From: Elusimicrobiota bacterium
Lineage (GTDB): Bacteria; Elusimicrobiota; Elusimicrobia; Elusimicrobiales; UBA9959
Reading direction: 5' to 3'
NCBI GenBank assembly: GCA_036574205.1
Contig: JAINCQ010000040.1
Location: 32,001-96,000, forward strand
DNA length: 64,000 nucleotides
In this document: positions 61,576-64,000 of the stretch, in pieces
Position numbering within the stretch: the stretch's first letter is position 1
Layout: the number at the start of each line of letters is the position of its first letter
The notes under the pieces: model-generated
Told to the model about the DNA's origin: nothing
Database searches by the model: none
Seen by the model: the letters and a program-made list of their open reading frames with translations, nothing else
Made by a program: the position numbers and the translations under genes

Positions 61576-64000
61576 CTATCTTTTATTCTGATTTATAGCT
61601 TTAACAAGTTCAACTCTAAGTTTTTCCAGCTCAGCCTCTTTTCTTGCATATTCTCTTTCCAAATTTATTCTTTCCTCGTTAAGCGCTTTTTCTTTTTCCA
61701 TCAACTCAGCTTTTTTGCTGGAAAGCTCTTTTTCATATAAGATTATTTTATCATTTATTGCCTTTTCCATTTCAACAATCTCTCTCCTGTTTTCCATTAT
61801 CAAAGCATCTTTTTCATCAAGCGCTTTTTTGAAATCAGATATAACATTTTCTAACTCTGTTATTTTATTAATATAGGATTGCTTCTCCGACGCAAAATTT
61901 TCCATAAGATTATCTATATTTTTTCTATAATTTTCTTTAATTTCAGCTATGTTTTTTTCATAAATTTCTACTCTGGTTTTATATTCCATAACAGCAGCGT
62001 TTATTTCTTTTTCAACCTGCTCTTTTAAAATATCTTTGTATTGTCTTTCTATGTTTTTTGTATACTCAATAAATTGTTTTTCCTTTTCATAAAGAAGATT
62101 TTCAAGCTCTATGTTTTTTCTGGACATCTCATCAGCTTTTGAAGAAAGTAGAATTAAAGAATTTTCAATCCTTTCCTTTTCCATTTTAATATAATTTAAC
62201 CTGTCTTCATACTCCTTTTTAATAGCTTCTATCTCATTATTATACTCAATACTTTTTTCTTTAAGAGATTTATCTATCTGATATTGGTATTTTTCCTGAA
62301 GAGCTCTTAAATTATCATCCTTTTTAATTAGTTCATTTTCATAAAATTTTGTTATTTCATCAACTTTTTTCTGATAAGATGTTTTAGTTTCATTAATTTC
62401 TTTTTCAAGACGTTCCGCTCTGGATTCATAAGACGACAACTGTTTTAAAAGCTCGCTTTTAACTTCTTCCATTTGTTTTTGATGTTCACTTTTTAAATTC
62501 TCTATTTCAATCTTTTTGCTATTTAAAATTTCATTTATTTCCTTTTGATATTCTATTTCTTTTTCTTTCCCTTCACTCATAATTTTTTCATATCGGTTGT
62601 TTGCATCTACAATTTCCTTTTCAAGAACTTTTATTTTATTTTGATATTCCAGCACAGTTTTAGATTGCATTTTAATGATATTCTCAATTTCTTTTTTATT
62701 TTGCTCTATAATTTCACTTATCCTATTTTCATAGGATTTCTTAAGTTCCTCAATTTCGTTTTTTAAAGCTTTTAACTGAGATTCATACTCCTGATTTATT
62801 AAAGATATTCTGGATATTTCTTCTTTAAGTTCTTCAGATTTATTCATCTCTCTTTCGATAGCAGAATCATAAATTTTCTTCTGCTCAGATATTATCTCAT
62901 CCAGCTTTTCATTAAATTCTTTTTCTACCAAAGTTCTTATTTCAGATACCTTTTTGGAATATGAATTATTAATCTCATTCATTTTTTGAGAAAGAGCATT
63001 ATTTTCAGTCATTAAATCCGCCACTTCTTTCTTTGATTTTTCATATTCCTCTTTAATCTCTTTTATCATCCTCTCATAATTACTTCGCTCACCCTCCCAT
63101 ATACCCCTTTCCGATTCAATCATTTCAGTATACTTCTTTAAAACTTCCTTCTCCTTCTCTTTGAAATCCTTTTCTATTTCAGAAATTCTCTTATTATATT
63201 CCTTCGTTAAATTCTCCTTAACCTCCATTATCTTTTGCTCCTGCTCCTTCGCTCTCTCTTCTATCATCACTTCATATCTCTTCTTTAATTCTGTCATCTC
63301 ATTATTAAGCTTCTCCTTCTCTTCTCTAAGTAATGCTATATCTGCATTAAGCCTCTCCCTCTCGGCTAATATCTCTCTCTCATTCCTATCCCTTAACTCC
63401 TTCAGATCTTTCTCCTTCTCCTCCTCCTTCAGCATTATCATCTCTTTTAGATTCTGTTGCCATTTCCTGTCGTTTTCTATCAACCTCTCATTAAGAACCT
63501 TTATCTCTTCATTCATCTCATTTATCTTCTTTATAAAATTATCCTTCATCGCTTTTATCTCTTCCTCGTATTTCAATGCACTCTCCTTCTCAACCTTGCT
63601 TATGCTCTCCTCCATTAGCTTCTCGGTCTTAGTTATCTCAGACTTCATCTCCTCATTCCTCTTCTTCAGTTCCATTATCTCTTTCTCATAATAATCCCTC
63701 TGTGCCTTCACAGATTCTTCAAGTTTAGCCTTGTATTCGTTTTCAATAGCTTTCCTCTGTTCATCCATCTCCTTTATGTGATTAAATTCCTTCTCCTTTA
63801 TCTCACTAAGCAGATTCTTGTTCTTCTCCACCAACTCCTTCACCTCACCCTCTAAACTCATCCTCTCGCCCTTTAACCCCTCTATTACCCTGTTATACCT
63901 CCCTTCTAGATCTAACCTAACCGCTTCAACCTTAGCCTCCTTATCCCTCTTAAATTCTTCCATCGCTTGCTCATATTCAGCCCTCTTTGCCTCTATAACC
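61576..64000 (-). CDS. Very large coiled-coil protein, 5' end outside the window
   Basis: Over 800 codons, E/K-rich, no Pro and very few Gly; frame stays open beyond 63963 (VIEAKRAEYEQAM) to the window edge. Confidence 0.85.
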   Translation of the reverse strand, partial: VIEAKRAEYEQAMEEFKRDKEAKVEAVRLDLEGRYNRVIEGLKGERMSLEGEVKELVEKNKNLLSEIKEKEFNHIKEMDEQRKAIENEYKAKLEESVKAQRDYYEKEIMELKKRNEEMKSEITKTEKLMEESISKVEKESALKYEEEIKAMKDNFIKKINEMNEEIKVLNERLIENDRKWQQNLKEMIMLKEEEKEKDLKELRDRNEREILAERERLNADIALLREEKEKLNNEMTELKKRYEVMIEERAKEQEQKIMEVKENLTKEYNKRISEIEKDFKEKEKEVLKKYTEMIESERGIWEGERSNYERMIKEIKEEYEKSKKEVADLMTENNALSQKMNEINNSYSKKVSEIRTLVEKEFNEKLDEIISEQKKIYDSAIEREMNKSEELKEEISRISLINQEYESQLKALKNEIEELKKSYENRISEIIEQNKKEIENIIKMQSKTVLEYQNKIKVLEKEIVDANNRYEKIMSEGKEKEIEYQKEINEILNSKKIEIENLKSEHQKQMEEVKSELLKQLSSYESRAERLEKEINETKTSYQKKVDEITKFYENELIKKDDNLRALQEKYQYQIDKSLKEKSIEYNNEIEAIKKEYEDRLNYIKMEKERIENSLILLSSKADEMSRKNIELENLLYEKEKQFIEYTKNIERQYKDILKEQVEKEINAAVMEYKTRVEIYEKNIAEIKENYRKNIDNLMENFASEKQSYINKITELENVISDFKKALDEKDALIMENRREIVEMEKAINDKIILYEKELSSKKAELMEKEKALNEERINLEREYARKEAELEKLRVELVKAINQNKR

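Noticed and set aside
60281..63691. Plus-strand F/S/L-rich ORFs (for example 63161-63691, 60281-60697), and similar short antisense ORFs across the window
   Set aside because: They are antisense shadows of E/K-rich or otherwise well-supported genes.
61576..64000. Calling the coiled-coil protein SMC or a tape-measure protein
   Set aside because: The C-terminus lacks the ABC signature and Walker B head, no hinge is visible, and there is no phage context.
1..64000. Alternative genetic code or stop-codon recoding
   Set aside because: Conserved genes are full length under the standard code and several end at TGA at the expected position.

Overview
This is an AT-rich, gene-dense chromosomal segment of a diderm bacterium (LptD, heptosyltransferase-like GT9, Wza/Wzc), read with the standard genetic code. 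The gene set is compatible with an Elusimicrobiota-like organism, but that is an impression I cannot prove from the window. Housekeeping content: glycine cleavage operon (gcvT-H-PA-PB), peptidoglycan turnover genes (SIS deaminase-like, mltA, namZ, murQ), two aminotransferases, tRNA-Leu(TAA), psd-pssA, tmk-holB-metG, ndk...uvrB-nadC-birA-queG, rpmE-prfA-prmC-murA-folC-ROK-lptD, and a ~14 kb Wzy/Wzc-type polysaccharide locus downstream of three coiled-coil/membrane genes. The most interesting observations are: (1) a tightly coupled three-gene operon encoding an acidic disordered protein, a DnaA-type AAA+ paralog and an orphan GAF histidine kinase, where the first two proteins appear to share an unrecognised C-terminal domain that replaces DnaA's DNA-binding domain; (2) a ~240-nt GC-rich six-hairpin element directly after tRNA-Leu, with internally covarying repeated motifs; (3) a metal-uptake operon lacking an ATPase and headed by a CxxC/RSPP putative arrest leader peptide; (4) a decaying deoC-linked bacterial microcompartment locus; (5) shuffled intergenic repeat modules; (6) repeated leaderless-mRNA promoter geometry; (7) a sharp codon-usage switch inside a very large coiled-coil gene. 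No CRISPR array, rRNA, integrase or transposase was seen. All functional calls come from motif recognition by eye, not from database searches.
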